From: Takakia lepidozioides
Taxonomy: Eukaryota > Plantae > Bryophyta
Assembly: GCA_030704615.1 (NCBI GenBank)
Contig: CM060734.1
Location: 15,996,001 to 16,060,000, forward strand
Length of the DNA: 64,000 nt
Direction of reading: 5' to 3'
Numbering within the stretch: position 1 is the first letter of the stretch; the number at the start of each line of letters is the position of its first letter. A program made the translations under genes and the position numbers. This document shows, piece after piece, positions 61,801 through 64,000 of this stretch. The notes below the pieces were generated by a model that was not told where the DNA came from, did not search any database, and was given only the letters and a program-made list of their open reading frames with translations.

Positions 61801-63934
61801 AAAGGAAAGACGTGTCCCTGCTGGGCCAAAGTCGGCAAAGGAATCTGCTGCTCTGGAAGAATCCAGAAAGGCAGCTGAGATGGCACAAAAGACGGTGGAT
61901 GCAGCTGTGCAGGCCCAACAGAAGGGGTCGAAGAAGAGGACTCGCCAGCAAGGAGCAGCTGTTGTGACACCCGCCAAAACGAAGAAGCAGAAACAGCCTG
62001 TTCAGGAAGAGGGTGAGGAAGAGGACTCCGATGGAGACTTTGCAACCAGCCCACCCCCCCAAACGCAGGCTGCCTCCCCTGTGCCCACCGTTGTCACCAG
62101 AGGCACGAGAACTGGCTCGGCAAAGAAGGCACTCTTCAACCCCCCAGGGGGCACCCTTTCGAGCCGGTGGAAATGAAGAGGCCGAAAGTGGCTCCCGAAA
62201 CTGTAGTCCAGTGTGTAAATGAGAGTTTCTTGGCGGCTTTGGATGGACGGGCAGCCAAGTTGGCATACATGAAGACCATGGAGGGTCTGAAGGGCAGAGC
62301 ACTGAAGAAGGCGACTGCCGAAGAGCCTTCCGACACCCCAGGATTTCAGAATATGGTCTCGTTCTTTGAGAGGGTGTGTGCAGACAAGGATTGTAGGAGG
62401 GGCGGAAATGCCACCGAGTGGTCTTGCGATATGATCATCTTGGATATTCCGGACGGAGAGCCTGTGGAAGGACTGCAAGCTTTGCCATCTTGGAACAGGT
62501 ACTCGGAGGACTTTTGGAAGAAAGGATTCGGGCTTGCCCGCATGGTGTTGGACGACAGAGGCTGTGTGGTTGTCCTGGCGAGCAGAGGAAAAAACACTCA
62601 GACAGGAATTGCGAAGTGGACCCGCAAGAGCGCCGTCCCGATTCTGAAAAAGAAGTGGACGTGCATCAACACACTGGGCCTTCGGTCGGAAGGGAAGAAG
62701 GTGATTACGACACTGGCACTCGTCCATTCATTTGCTTGGGTGCTTTCAAATGCGGTGCCGCATTCGGTTTCTAATCGTTTTCCCCCTGTGTATGCAGACG
62801 AAGCAGTTCGATGCATACTGCTTTGTGAAGGAAAACTCCACCTTTGCTTTCCGGAAGGAGGGAGGAAAGGTTGACCCGAACTGCGACCCACTCGATTACG
62901 ACGTTCTGTTCAACAACGTTCCCAAGGAACTTCTCCCTCATAGCCTCACTTCAACGGAACCCCTGCGGTACTCACGGACTCGGAGCCCTGCCTTCATTCA
63001 GACAATTATGGAGACATGCACAGACGTGGAGGGCACAGTGCTGGACCTCATCTGTGGGACAGGTATGCAGAATCTTGATCTCTGCTGTTCTGCAAATTCT
63101 CGTTAGGATGTAGTTCGCAACATCTGAAGCGCCATGTGGTAATGTGTGGATGGCATTGTAACAGGTGCCTCAATGTGGGCTGGGCGGTTTTCCGACCGGC
63201 ACCTCTTTGCCTACGAGGAGGATTCATCCGTGTGGGGATCCCATCTGGAGGGGCTGCAACGGAATGTGAAGGCTCCCGACAGAGCGGAAGTCTCCTCGGA
63301 TTCGTCGGAGTCCGAGGAAGACACAGTGGACATTGATGCAGAGGAGAACCCGGAATACGAGTGAGTGCAAACATTGTAAGTTTGCAAAGCCTTCTGGGTC
63401 ATTTATGTCAAAGGAATTTCCCGACTGTGGTTCTCATTAGTCTCGTTGATGATTGTCATGTGCAGGATTGCAGGGTCCGGGTCGAAGCATGTAGGGCCTA
63501 CACTTCCTGCCAGGAAGAATGTCCCGTTCTTTGCGAGGGCCGACTTCATGACGAGCCCGGTGAGGGACTACTCCCTTCCTAGTTATGCAGCTAAACTCGC
63601 AAATACAGCGATTAGAAGAAGTGAGAATCCCAGTAAAGTAGAGCAGATTTTGGAGAGGGCTAGGGAGGACAGAAGGATAAGGAAAGAGTTGGCAGCAGCT
63701 CAGACAGGTAGACGGGTACGAAAGTACATATGTGATTCAGCGGATGAGAGCGACGCAGACAGGGAGGAGGACGACCCAACGGAGGTGAGATGGACAGTTC
63801 CGCAAGGGGAAGATGGGATTTTTGAAAGCCTGGCCAACGAGCAGTCCGCTGGAGATGAGAGAGGCACTGAGGGGGTGGAGGAGGAGCAGGACAGTCTAGA
63901 ACAGGATGAGGATTCCGATGATTTTCAAGATTAA
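58813..63934 (+). CDS. Multi-exon cargo gene: disordered N-terminus, ParB/Srx-like domain, helical region, beta-class N4C/N6A methyltransferase-like domain, acidic tail; one apparent frameshift near 62150, or two genes
   Basis: FFVWDGNHRLLAWW (DGNHR at 60096-60110); CDMIILDIPDG (62443) then ARMVLDDRGCVVV; RSPAFIQTIMETCT..GTVLDLICGTG (63038) and HLFAYEED. GT-AG introns e.g. 60248-60359, 61477-61581, 62701-62797. Start exon uncertain. Confidence 0.72.
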
Positions 63935-64000
63935 TAGAATTTTAATGAAGTCTCTGTAAATGTAAATTCTCTTCCAGAGTATATAAAGAAAATTCTGCCC

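Larger units (their letters stand above)
51686..64000. mobile_element. Large Mutator-like DNA transposon: transposase, palindrome array and divergent cargo gene; far end beyond the window
   Basis: Terminus GGAGGTTTACTATTTCATGAGC with CATGAGC repeats. A shared palindrome motif links the terminal region, the intergenic array and the cargo introns. Confidence 0.78.

Overview
Repeat-dense, nested-transposon region of a eukaryotic genome. The host is inferred to be a non-seed land plant, from PLS-class PPR motifs, OSB-type PDF motifs, GT-AG introns and green-lineage TE families. No intact host gene is evident. The window holds: (1) four pieces of a Ty3/gypsy family with a DNMT3-like C5-cytosine methyltransferase between protease and RT, plus a C-terminal PHD finger; (2) several pieces of a Dualen/RandI-type LINE (APE, RNase H, CCHC/RLE) with a 2A-like GDIHPNPGP peptide, a PCIF1-like methyltransferase-fold domain and a covarying structured 3' UTR; (3) a decayed tandem array of PDF-motif/PLS-PPR gene copies; (4) a CACTA end with its accessory gene; (5) an 8.7-kb Naiad/Chlamys-like Penelope element with ~1.74-kb direct repeats; (6) a MITE and a LINE 3' fragment; and (7) a >12-kb Mutator-like element at 51.7-64 kb. 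In that last element the transposase and a divergent spliced cargo gene (ParB-like DGNHR domain plus beta-class amino-methyltransferase-like domain) are separated by about 33 copies of a 22-bp palindrome at a 53-bp pitch. The same palindrome recurs in the cargo gene's introns. This arrangement is the best candidate for an undescribed system. All family calls come from motif recognition by eye; no searches were run.
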